Source: Wallemia ichthyophaga EXF-994 (Eukaryota; Fungi; Basidiomycota). Taken from it: 124,000 nt of DNA. Location: contig NW_008806281.1 in the NCBI RefSeq assembly GCF_000400465.1, forward strand, positions 144,001 through 268,000. Reading direction: 5' to 3'. Position 1 is the stretch's first letter. Each line of letters starts with the position of its first letter. The notes below the pieces were generated by a model that did no database searches, was not told the origin of the DNA, and saw nothing but the letters and a program-made list of their open reading frames with translations. Both the position numbers and the translations under genes were made by a program. Positions 1 to 10,772 of the stretch are shown one piece after another.

Positions 1-304
1 TAATGGCAGGGCATAGCGACTGTGAGATCGACGTTCAGTTGCATTTCTCTTTGTGTGGTGGTATCTACGCTGAATTGATATTCGTTGTGTCCATACAGCC
101 ATTCGCCGATTTCATGAAACACAAGCAGCACTAAAGTAAATATAACAACCACTGTCGCTATCCCGCCCCGTTTCGAGCGTATCTGTGAATATGTGAGTTG
201 TGTTGGCCGGTGATGTGTTTGCGTATACGCACCGTGTACGTCGGCTGCGTCTTGGGGAAAGCGTCAAATGTTCTCAACGGCGGCATCGACATTGCAGAGC
301 TCAT
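1..304 (-). CDS. ERV41: ER-Golgi ERGIC2/Erv41-family protein, 5' part (runs off window start)
   Basis: Spliced minus-strand reading MSSAMSMPPLRTFDAFPKTQPTYT|IRSKRGGIATVVVIFTLVLLVFHEIGEWLYG...FSVD...MQLNVDLTVAMPC. The FDAFPK, TM and DxTVxMPC motifs match the Erv41/Erv46 N-terminus. Not in ORF track. Confidence 0.85.
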
Positions 305-466
305 TTCAATTGATAGTCACCGTCGCGGTTCAAGGAGATAGCGGGCGCAACCAAGAATGCTACCGTTTAGCGCGTTTGATTGGAATGTTAGTTTTATTGA
401 TAAATTTCATTTGACACGCATTCTCTCGTCTATCTTACAGCCATCTTATAGCCAAGTAGAGACGCT

Positions 467-2142
467 ATGGAATGGGAAGGCGAGGCTAGAATTAAAGGTC
501 CAGAATGGCTACACAAGCCACTGCTCACATTTAGTCTTTTTGGCCTGCAGCTGGTTTGGAGCGTAGAGCTCTCAATGGCCAGCCCATATTTGCAATCCTT
601 AGGCCTATCTAAAGCTTCTATATCTTCTGTCCTCCTAGCAGGGCCACTCAGTGGTCTAGTAATGCAGCCAACGATTGGTGCACTCGCAGACAGCACAAAG
701 TGCAGATTCGGCAGAAGGAAGCCTTATATCATAGCTAGCGTGCTACTCAGTTCCCTGAGCATCCTCCTTCTCGGTTACAGTCGCAAAGTAGCTTCTATTT
801 TCACCACTATCAACACTCAACCCAACGATGACCTCACTATTTACCTTGCTGTTCTTGCCGTATACCTCGTCGACTTTTCCATCAATGCAGTCCAAGCTGC
901 CGATCGAGCACTCATCGTAGATACCCTGCCATCCTTTGAACAGGAAGGCGCAAATGCCTGGGCCAGTCGCATGATCGGTGTTGGTAGCTGCATCGGTTAC
1001 TTCATCGGCAACATCGACCTTACTAGATACCTTTCCATCTTGGGAGACACCCAGCTTGAAATTCTGTCATCACTTGTCGCTTTCTTTGTCGTGGTCACTC
1101 ATTTTCTCACGTGTTTTAGCGTGTCTGAGAGGATCCTCGTGAGAGACCAGGGCACAACCAGCATAAAGCAGGTATTCAAGACTCTCTTTACCACTAAACC
1201 ACCTCCCAGAGTACGCAAGTTGTGCATAATACAATTCTTCGCTTCAATGGGATGGTTCCCAGTCATGTTCTGGTCAACTTCTTACATTGGAGAGCTCTAT
1301 CTGGATGATAGTAGCCTGAGTGATGCTGATAGCCGGACAGCAGATGAGGCGACGCGAGTTGGTACGCGCGCCATGCTGTTTCAGGCTATCGTGTCTTTTT
1401 CAACCGCTGTCATACTCCCTACACTCATAATACCACTTGTCAAGCCCCAGGGAACTGTACAAAAGACCCGTAATACACTCTCGAAGCTCATAAAAAAGCT
1501 TTTACGGCCATCGCTATTGGATCTGTCTTCTGTGAGGGAATTGCGGCTGAAACGACACTCCAATTCTAACAATATTTGCAGATGTATACCATGTCTCACA
1601 TTGTCTTCGCGGTAGCCATCTTTAGTGCTAGCTTCTCGTCTTCTTACGTCGTTTCGTCGGCAATGGTTGCTGTTGTTGGATGCACTTGGGCGCTCGCCCA
1701 ATGGGCGCCTTTTTCTCTTCTAGGCGAGAGCATACTCTTGGATGCGAAGAATGGGGAAATAATGTACGATGCGGAAGACGTCGAAAGAGAAGTACTGTTT
1801 GATAGCAATAGTTCTAGCACCGAGCATTTGCATCCACCATTACCCCTCCAAGCCCCGCCAAACGCCATCGACGTCACTTCGTCAAGCCAAGCTGGTGTCA
1901 TGCTTGGTATACTGAACGTATCTACGGTCGTACCTCAGTTTTTGATTACTGCAATCTCGTCGTTTATCTTCTCCTTCATAGAGCCGAAGAAAAATGGTCT
2001 TGAGCATAGATCGGCTGGTGCTGATTTCGAAAACACTAATACAAGAGGTATAGGGATAATCATGCGGATAGGTGCATGCGCGGCACTCGTGGCGGCTATT
2101 TTGAGCTACAGATTTACCAAGGATAGGTTGTCTCGTAGATGA
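467..2142 (+). CDS. MFS sucrose/alpha-glucoside transporter (SUT1/SLC45-like)
   Basis: ORFs 467-1615 and 1576-2142 joined by a GTGAGG...CTAAC...CAG intron. Motifs QLVWSVE, LAGPLSGLVMQP, D..K.RFGRRKPY, QAADRALIVDTLP..QE.ANAW, GILNVSTVVPQ. Confidence 0.85.
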
Positions 2143-2254
2143 AGGCCATAATGAAACATGGATAAGTTGGATAATCTGTATAATTTAAGTACATTGATCA
2201 TTAAGGTATATATTGCGATGTTTCGTGCAACGTGTGTCGGTGCATTCTTCATTC

Positions 2255-2837
2255 TCAACTTTCAACCTCACTCTTCATACTCTCATTAATAGCGTATTCG
2301 GCAATCAAGCATAGTTCTTTGTACTGCAGCTCCTCTAAGACCTTCTTTGCTTCTGGGCTATTCGACAACTCTATCTCCTCCACCTTGTCGACCACCTTGG
2401 CTGGCTGAAGTTTAGCGTTATATACTTGCTGTAGCAGTGGATGCTTCACTCTCGCAAACCACCTGTACACAGTTCGTCAGCGTGGCGACTTTGACTTCGG
2501 ATGCAAATGAACCGACCATTTGGAATTCCAGAAATCACCTTCTCTCCTATGCACAATGGCATGCAAATAATCGAGCAACGAATCGCCTTGGTTCATTTCA
2601 GCGTAGTAGTGTGTGCTTTTTATATCGTCATTGAGCATGTGCAGTGCTGCGCAGGGGTAAGTCGGCTGTGCGAGAAATTCAAAGACCCCACTAACAAGCT
2701 TTTACATGAAAACTGGCAGCGAGTTTATCAATGTCGCCCGTTAGAGGCGGATAGTACACTTCTTGGTCGAGGTTGAGTGCCGGAAGCGGGTCGCGCTGTG
2801 ATAGTTGGTCGTATATCATTCGAACTGTTCTTGTCAT
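2255..2837 (-). CDS. Conserved uncharacterised protein with H-x2-HRREGD-x-WNSKWW motif
   Basis: Three-exon reconstruction MTRTVRMIYDQ...FHVK|ALHMLNDDIKSTHYYAEMNQGDSLLDYLHAIVHRREGDFWNSKW|WFARVKHPLLQQ...EVES*, with canonical GT-AG introns. Confidence 0.7.
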
Positions 2838-3437
2838 TATCCTTTTTTCTCGTATTCTCGACCCGGGGAAATTAGATTTCGGTGCGATGGTTGTCGAAGT
2901 AAAAGGAAAAGTTGTGTTGACACTTGTTGCACAGTGTAAACTTTCTTATTGGCTTTTCTTTAGGCTTTGATATAAGTTTGGTTTGCTCAATTTTTGCCCA
3001 CGTAAACCTGTTCTCCTGATTGAAATTCGAAATTCCAAAAGTCCGGTTTCCTATGAGGTCATTTCTTTCTGAGAAAAGTCACGTTAATTTTTGATCAATT
3101 TTGTTTGAAGCTATGCTATTATATGCTAGTATGGCTGCTTTATCTTTTATGAGTACCCCGACACAGGTGTCTCGGCGTGACTCGGAATTAATTAAGATGA
3201 AAGATTTGAGGACTCAGACCCAGACTCAGTTCCGGAACAATTCAAAGGGCTATAAATATGAAACAATTGGTTGATTGTCTCAGAAATTGGTTTGTTGGCT
3301 TATATCAGTCTTTCTAAAACTTTGATTGGCAAGCTGATCTCTTCATCACAGCTTTATTTCGACAACTTTTCCGCAACAGCAAATTGAAGCTAACTTGAAA
3401 CAACCTAAGTAGCTCTTTCTTTAAACTGATACCTCCT

Positions 3438-3845
3438 GATGATGATGATGATGATGAGATCTGATTATATTGTTAAGACGATACATGTTAGAAACTGCGT
3501 CATCAATACTTCTTATAGCATGAGGAGTCAAAAGGGGTGCTGAAATTACTGGAAGCTTTTCTTAATTCGTAATTCGTGAATTGTTGGTGATTCTCAATTA
3601 CGCTGAATCACCGGAGTATCTTTGGTACGTAGTCAATTGCGGTTTGAAGGATTCGTACAGGGCTTGTAGAGAGCGTGAATTTCTGTGTATTGATCCTAAT
3701 TCGAACCGAGTATTGATCTTGGTAATCTTTCTTCTTAATGTGATTCTGGCCATTTTATGTCTTTTGCAGACGAAAGTTCTATGGGAGATGTTGTCCTCTG
3801 TGCCACACGCACAGCATTGAGGCAAATTGATCAGTCGGAAACGGC
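3438..3845 (-). mobile_element. 5'-truncated non-LTR retrotransposon (LINE), copy 1
   Basis: Flanked by a perfect 12-bp direct repeat CTGATACCTCCT (3426-3437 and 3846-3857). Ends in a (GAT)6 tail (ATC on the element strand). Encodes a C-x2-C...H...C knuckle (PQCCACGTEDNISHRTFVCKRH) typical of fungal LINE ORF2 C-termini. A second copy lies at 53004. Confidence 0.85.
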
Positions 3846-3946
3846 CTGATACCTCCTTCGTCACGTATCTTAAACTATTATAAGGTCGATAATAATAACT
3901 GATAAACTTAAAATTTTACCAGCTAAGTTAGCGTAACGGTTCCACC

Positions 3947-4056
3947 GCGGCATGGGTCCGATGGTAAGATTCTATCTTAGGGTTAGTAGAAGTTGAGGCA
4001 AGCGCCTCCTTTTAATAAGCCTGATAGCGAACCGGGTTCGATTCCCGGGTGCCGCC
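3947..4056 (+). tRNA. tRNA-Pro(AGG) with 39-nt intron (3983-4021)
   Basis: Acceptor stem GCGGCAT/GTGCCGC, discriminator C73, anticodon stem CTATC/GATAG, loop TT-AGG-G, T-arm CCGGG-TTCGATT-CCCGG, followed by a T-run. Confidence 0.85.
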
Positions 4057-4059
4057 GTC

Positions 4060-4073
4060 TTTTTTATTTTTTT
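4060..4073 (+). terminator. Pol III oligo-T terminator of tRNA-Pro
   Basis: T6-A-T7 immediately 3' of the tRNA. Confidence 0.75.
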
Positions 4074-4924
4074 CTTTATTGAGTAACCCTAGACCTATGT
4101 GGCCTATTAGGACTGTGCGCAAGAAATTACTTTCCGATTATGTGCAAAGCCCAATGCCAGCAAATAAGCAATCAAGTCTGTTGACACGCTGCGTCATCTG
4201 TCGTTGAAGTCGAACGCGATCAAATAATATGGGCTGAGTTAACGCCAAGACCATCATCAGCCTGGGCGTAAAATGTCTCAGCCGGATATTGCAGCACAGT
4301 TGCACAATCAATAGCTTAGCTAACGCTGCATGAGTACCCTGCTCCCCACTCTCTGAAACCACTCACTTCTGTAACATGAAGATGGAACTAGATAGCGGAG
4401 TTTGGGTGTTGATAGCATTTAGTGAGCTCATATATGTTCTAACTCCAGATGGCTAAAATCAAAAATAGTAATCACAATCATTGTTTGCGTGTTTGGTATT
4501 GTCCTGGCAATGCTTCTCAAGCTGTATCTATTCAAGAAAAGTGGTGGACAGCATATTATCCCGGATGAGACAAGCACTCATGACAAAGAGATGGCAATGC
4601 ACTGTAGTGAAGATCTTCAGAATTCTACACTTATTCAAATCTTTAGAGACTTAGAATAAGTTATATTCGATGTACAAAAAGCAAAGAGTGAAGTGATGCC
4701 GGCGTGTATATCAGGAACTGTGATTAATTGATTTTGTTAGCATATGAGAGGCGTGTGTGTCATATCTGTGATTAAATCATCTCTTAAAGTATGAAGAGCC
4801 AATTTGTAGCTAGAACGGCTTCTTAGTATAAAGAAGAGTAATTTTAAGTGAAGTGAAATGACGTGGTCCGAGTGGTGTGTGTGGATGTGTGTTTATGTTT
4901 GCATTGTGGTGATTTGCAAAGCTA

Positions 4925-7005
4925 TCAATGTGCTTGCCCAATGGCACTGTCAATATAGAACCCTTGCAAACTATCTTCAATCGTCATCAGGTCGTTATCG
5001 TCAGACTCCTCGAGCTTGATATACGGTGAATGTGATTTGAACTTGTGTGAATGTAGGTCGTTAGGAGGCAGAGAATGTGGCGAGAATATTTCAGTATGAT
5101 ATAACTTGTCAGCTTCTGCACTTAGTATGTCGCCAGATGATAGCGAAATGCGCTCGTCTTGATCCGCCGAGCGCGGTGTGTGCGGTGTGTGCGGTGTGTG
5201 CGATGCATAAGCCATCCGTGGCGAGTATAGCGGGTGTACCAGCGAGTACAGCTGCTCTTCCCGCGCGGGCGGTATCGGCAATTCAATGTCCTTCGTGTCT
5301 GGTGTTTGGACGGCAGACGGAGGATTAGAATGGGAGTGGGAGTGGGAATGTAGAGAGCACGCTGCCTTTTGCAAGATCGAGACTTCATCTTCCGTGTCGA
5401 TAGTGCCAAGTGGCGTACCCAGCTCGACGACTTCTTCGCTCTCTTTTAACGAAGTGCCAGTTGGGGTTCCAAGCTCTTCGACTACATCATCTTGCTCGAT
5501 CTGTTCAAGATACCGCTCTTCCTGGGCAAATGAAGCACTCCTGTCATAGACACTCCGCATCACTCCTTCCTCCTCCCGAGGGTCTTCCGTGTGACGATGT
5601 AAATTTCCACTTTCATGTGAGTGAGTTGACGCTTTAGTTGATGAATAAGCTATCGACGTTTCGAATGAGTTTCTAGGCGTAGGTTGTTGGTTATCGTTAG
5701 CACCATAATTGAAAACACGGATAGGTTTGCGAGGGATGGAGAATTGGTCTGATTCGAAGGACATTTGGTGCCTAGGTTGCGGTCCCGAATTGAAGTGAAG
5801 AGGGAGCTGAACCTCTTCAACTGATATAATAGACTTGCATTCGGGTTGAGGGTGCTGTGGTTCGACGTGGTCTAAAGGTTGAGTGGGTTGAACAGCTTCG
5901 GTAGATTCAGTAAGTTCCTCTGTATTTTTCATACTGCGAAGAAGCGAAGAATGCCTTTTTTCAATGGATATCCCTCCACTTGTTCTTCTGCTTGCTCTCT
6001 CCCTCGCTCGTCCTCTTGATGGCAGTTGTTCACGTTCTTCGGTATTCTCTTCCTCGTGACTATCACCTAAAATCTTTGATTCACGTCTTTCTGGGGAGTA
6101 TCCTGAAGGGTCTTGAATTACATAATGTTCAGGGTTTGTTCGCGGCGTCTCAGAGTTGCCGAAGTTGCCGAGACTCTCGGCGGGAAACTGATGGGCACGA
6201 AGCATGCTAGAGTTCGAGGAAAGAGGCTGCCTTTCGGCCATAGATTCATCCTCTTCCTTGAGTGGTTCGACTGGAGAGATCGTAAGTTGGGAGTTGTGCA
6301 TATGGAACAACCACACTTACCAGTACTCAACCAAGCCTGTATAGGTTCCCAATCGTCGTGAATATCTTTCATTGGGTGCTCATTGATAGTGGGTATCTGA
6401 TCATTATCTGCAGCAACGGAGCTAAATCTTTGAGGTACGGCAAAATGAGTAGCCGGAGAAGTGGGCAGGCTGGACATGGATGGCTTCCTAAGGTTAGTCG
6501 ATGAAAAGGCCTTCCTTGGGAAATTGAATAGACTGAGCGTGTTCCTCTTCCGCACACCAGAAAATTGTGATTGAGAATGACTTGTATTTCTTTTAAGTGA
6601 TTGAATTGTATGCCAAAGAGAGGAGCTTCTCTTATCTGTTGATTTGTTTGAAGAAGAATGCTGACTTTGACTAGATTGTCGGTTTCGCAGCCGCTCTTGT
6701 TCCTGCTGCTGCTGCACGGTCAAACTCGATGCACGCGACGGCACCGGTGGTTGAGCTTCCGGCCTCACTAGCGATGACTGCCTGTTTGGTATATAAGAGG
6801 ACGGTAGTGGTACGTTGAATGTGTTTTTCGGTGGGTTTGATGTATCCTCGATGCTCTCGCTGCTCTCGCTTGGATCCCCATCCGAACCGGACGGCGGTGT
6901 GAGATCGCTGGGAGCAGGTGACGGTGTTCGCGATGCACTCTTTGGCCGTCTTGCAGATCGTTGTGGTCTCGCTGGCCTCTTCTGAGGCACCTCGAGATTG
7001 CTCAT
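4925..7005 (-). CDS. Low-complexity S/E/H/P-rich hypothetical protein
   Basis: ORFs 6118-7005 and 4925-6316 joined via a GTAAGT...CCAG intron near 6270-6320. No recognisable domain. Confidence 0.6.
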
Positions 7006-7158
7006 GGTGGAGGTGTAACTTCAAGTGGAAGGAGCGCGGAAAAACAAAGCGTTAATTTGGTCAATCAGGAACTCTGATGTTGTATATGTTAGTAGATCAT
7101 TTGGTGCTGGAGTGTAATCGCTACAAACGCGTATAACCGGTCTCTTAATCGTGCAGCC

Positions 7159-8429
7159 ATGACGCTCGGATATGCAAAGTTACAGGATGGACGGATAGAC
7201 GGTGCAGATGGTGCAGGTGGTGTGGACAGCACGCATGAGCCACCGCACACGATCCACTCCAACTGGAACAAGGCTGATGCAAATCTCGAGGAAATCACGC
7301 TGGACGATCTCAGCGAGCCAGTCGAGCCAGCGCCACTGAAGCGCTCCCTGATAGCCGGATGCGGGCCACTCGGGCGCAACTACACTCCCAGCTCCATCTA
7401 CGAGTCTGCGGCCCCCGTTGAAGCCGTCAAAGTGGCATTAGACAATGGTCGGTGGCGGCTTATAAACTGTGGAAATCGAACGCTCTCTCTTACATTGCAT
7501 ACACAGGTGTGCGTGCTTTCGATAACGCCCCTCACTACGCACCCGCCGAAGCCGTTCTCGGCCGGGCGCTTAACATCCTCGAGCCATTGCACCCGAGGCA
7601 CACATACACGCTCATCACCAAAGTCGGTCATTACGGCGATGAGGTCAATTACAGTGAGGCGCGTATTCACGAATCTCTCCGCAGATCGTTTGCATATCTC
7701 AACACGGACTACCTAGATATCGTCTACCTCCACGATGTCGAGTTCGTAGCGGAGGCGATAGCTGATATCAACGAGGCTGGTCAGCCAACAAGAGTGCTCG
7801 ACAATCTCCAAAAGTACAATTTGACTGGTGAGCCGAGGATACTGGGCAAGGGCGACGAAGAGGTGCTCAACGCCCTACGGATACTCAACGGGTATAAGAA
7901 AAAAGGCAAAATACGCAATATAGGCGTTTCCGCACTACCCTTACCAACACTGCTGCGTGTTTCTAGGTTGGCTATTAGCCACCTCGGAAAAGATTCACTG
8001 CAGTATGTCATGTCGTATGCTAATCATGGCCCTCAAGCGCTCGCTCCACCCAGCTATATCCAAACCAATTTTGAAGCATTCGAGGGGCTGTTTGATGACA
8101 GTATCTCTCTCGTCACTGCTAGTCCGTTCGCTATGGGCTTGCTCACTCCTCAAGGCCCCCCAGACTGGCATCCTGCGCCAGATGGTCTCAAAGATACTGC
8201 AAAACGCACAGTGAAAGCGTTGGGCCAGGAGGCTAGCAAAGCTGCGGCGAGCTTCTCTATGCGCAAATATACAACTGTCAGCGGTTGGCAGAATGCAGAT
8301 GAGGTAAAACAGGGTCTGGAGGCGTACCATGACTCAAAAGCCAGCGAAAGTGACTTGGAGAGAAAGCTCGTTGATGCCTTCATAAAGTCTGGATGGAGTG
8401 GCTATGTTTGGAGTAGCGGAAGGGTGTAG
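7159..8429 (+). CDS. Aldo-keto reductase (D-arabinose/L-galactose dehydrogenase, ARA2-like)
   Basis: G.GPLG, intron, GVRAFDNAPHY, LITKVGHYG, SL.RSF.YLNTDYLDIVYLHDVEF, ASPFAMGLL. Confidence 0.85.
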
Positions 8430-8541
8430 CTGTAGTGAATAGAATTTATAGAATACTGAGAGTGTACCTAGACAATGATATGAAATAGCGAGCTTAATTG
8501 TTTTGATGAAGTTTCTAAAACAAAACGATTGCAAAAATATT

Positions 8542-8614
8542 AGCCCCACGCGGGGCTCGAACCCGCAGCCTTGTGATTAAGAGTCACACGCTCTACCGAT
8601 TGAGCTAGCAAGGC
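8542..8614 (-). tRNA. tRNA-Lys(CUU)
   Basis: GCCTTGCTAGCTCAATCGGTAGAGCGTGTGACTCTTAATCACAAGGCTGCGGGTTCGAGCCCCGCGTGGGGCT, a canonical 73-nt cloverleaf. Identical to 53941-54013. Confidence 0.97.
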
Positions 8615-9692
8615 TGTTAATAGCGTTCTCAACAATTTACAATATAATCTTAATTTGTGCAAAAGCAAAGATGTCACAAGGCATCAAATTTTGACATTAT
8701 AGACGTCAAAATCACACAATAATAGACAAGTTCGACAAAATTTCTACTTTGATGCTTTAGTGAGTAAAAACGAGTAATAGTTGCAAATATGACGGTTATC
8801 TCATCAAAACAACAAAAAGAGGCATTCTGCAGTATCTTTGAAAGTATAAGTGCTCTTCTGTAGCTGAAATATGCTGCTTAGTGTAATAAAAGCTCTATGA
8901 GCATAGTAATAACCTTCCAATAACAGTTTGAACTCAGTCGATTTTCGAGGAGATGACATATTCAAGAGTGTTCTTAAAGTCATACAAAAATATCATTAAA
9001 GCAACACGATACTGTCTCAATGAACCCAAGACTGATTTAAAAGTTCATGATATTGATGTGTTAACGCCTCAAATACCCAAGAAAATAATGGGTACCTGTG
9101 ACGCAAAAAAATGATTGAAATTCCAAATTGCTTGTTGTATCTACCACTACTTCACTTGTAGCACTTTTAGTCACCGATCTGAATCACCTCTGCACGTGCA
9201 TCAATGATATCACGAGAGTCATAATATCAGAGTGAAGACTTAGTGATTCAAGCCATGCTAGGTTCAAGAAAAGGAAAACCTTAGATTGCTTAATTTATCA
9301 TCAAATTCTTCCTATAAACGTGTTCAATGGGTTAGGTGTTGTTTAGCGCTCTGCAATGGTTACAATGGTTTTGGCATGTCTCAGAGATAGACATTTGAAA
9401 AAGAGAAATACACACTCCTAAAACCCTGAGAGGCACAAATTCTTAAAATTGGCCTTATATTCTGTAAATTGCCGATACATGCTTTTGTACCTGAGTCGTG
9501 CAGCGAGCGATTCACAAGGCGTTTTGTGCCAAATAATTGAGCCGCACCAATTTATCACAGGTATCTCGACAGGGGGACGTAAAGCATAATAAATAAAGAA
9601 AGAACAAAAGAGTGAAACGTGAGAGTGAGTGAAGGGTATAGACAATTCTCGTAAACAGAAATATCGTTATTAAGCTCAAGTAGCAGATAAGA

Positions 9693-10772
9693 CTAACTAG
9701 CAGAATCGATCGACTGCCTCCTCTCAGAGGCTGTGATGAAACTAGCAGCAGTGGTAGCAATAGTAGTAGAGCTCTTCTTATAATTAGAAGCAGGATTATT
9801 GTAAACTAAATCAGGACTGCGGATAGGATTGAGCGGACTAGTGCCAATGTTGTAGCTACGGAGAGATTGAGTGGTGTTTGAATCGAAACTTTCTCGGCGA
9901 CTGTTAGGTGCCAGAGCTCTAGTGGAGAATTCGTCGTCATCGAGTTTGAGTGAGGAGTGCAGGCTAGATTTAGTGATAGAATTTGAGTTGTCATTGTGGT
10001 AAATTCTTCCAGCGTTTGAAGAAGCGAGAGTCATGATTGAAGCGTCGTCATTAGGGGGAGAGAGAGGACGTGGATTGTTGTGTAGTTGAGGACGTGTGTA
10101 CGTGGGAGGGGTGTTGTAAGAGATCTGGGCGTTGTGAGAGTTGTAAGAGGAGTTCGGATTAAAATGAGGAGAAGACGGAGAAGCCTGGGCGATTTGAGCG
10201 ACTTGATGAGATTCTAAAGAGGATCTATCGTGTGGATCGATGGATAGCAGAGTAGTTGGCTTAGTACTGGCTTTAGAAATAAAAGTATTCGATTCGTTGT
10301 CGTCGTCGTCGTTGTCTGGATGATCGGTGTTAAGAGTGGAATGAGAATGAGTATCTGGATCGCTGTCAATGGAGTTGGAAGTGAAGCTGATGGACTTCTT
10401 GCTATTGAGGGGTTTTAAGCTTGCGTCATCGTCTGCGCCGTTGTGTGGGCCGATTGAAGATTCTGGGTAATTTGATCGCTTGATAGTGGAGAATGAGGTG
10501 TGGTTGACGACGCCATTGAGAGTGGACCTGCGCTTAGAAGATGGCTTTGGCGTATCGTGTAGCTCGTAATCGTAAGCAAAACCGGGGGCAGGGGGAACAT
10601 TAGTGGAAGAGCGTCTACCAAGGCGTTTACTCAGCCAATTGATGATTGGCTTCCGATCTTTCTTTTTAGTGGCTGAGATTGGAGTGGTGGTGGGTGTTGT
10701 GTGTGGTTGTTGCTGTTGCTGTTGTTGTTGCTGCTCTCTCTCCTCAGAAGATCTCATGACTGTGAGCTGCAA
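9693..10772 (-). CDS. PolyQ / Ser-Asn-rich disordered hypothetical protein
   Basis: 359-aa uninterrupted ORF with an N-terminal Q9 tract; DDDAS.K/MTLASS motifs. Confidence 0.7.
   Translation of the reverse strand: MQLTVMRSSEEREQQQQQQQQQPHTTPTTTPISATKKKDRKPIINWLSKRLGRRSSTNVPPAPGFAYDYELHDTPKPSSKRRSTLNGVVNHTSFSTIKRSNYPESSIGPHNGADDDASLKPLNSKKSISFTSNSIDSDPDTHSHSTLNTDHPDNDDDDNESNTFISKASTKPTTLLSIDPHDRSSLESHQVAQIAQASPSSPHFNPNSSYNSHNAQISYNTPPTYTRPQLHNNPRPLSPPNDDASIMTLASSNAGRIYHNDNSNSITKSSLHSSLKLDDDEFSTRALAPNSRRESFDSNTTQSLRSYNIGTSPLNPIRSPDLVYNNPASNYKKSSTTIATTAASFITASERRQSIDSAS

Noticed and set aside
8615-9400. A third LINE copy upstream of the minus-strand tRNA-Lys
   Set aside because: No (ATC)n tail, no similarity to copies 1 or 2, and no TSD visible. 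The region is AT-rich and unexplained.
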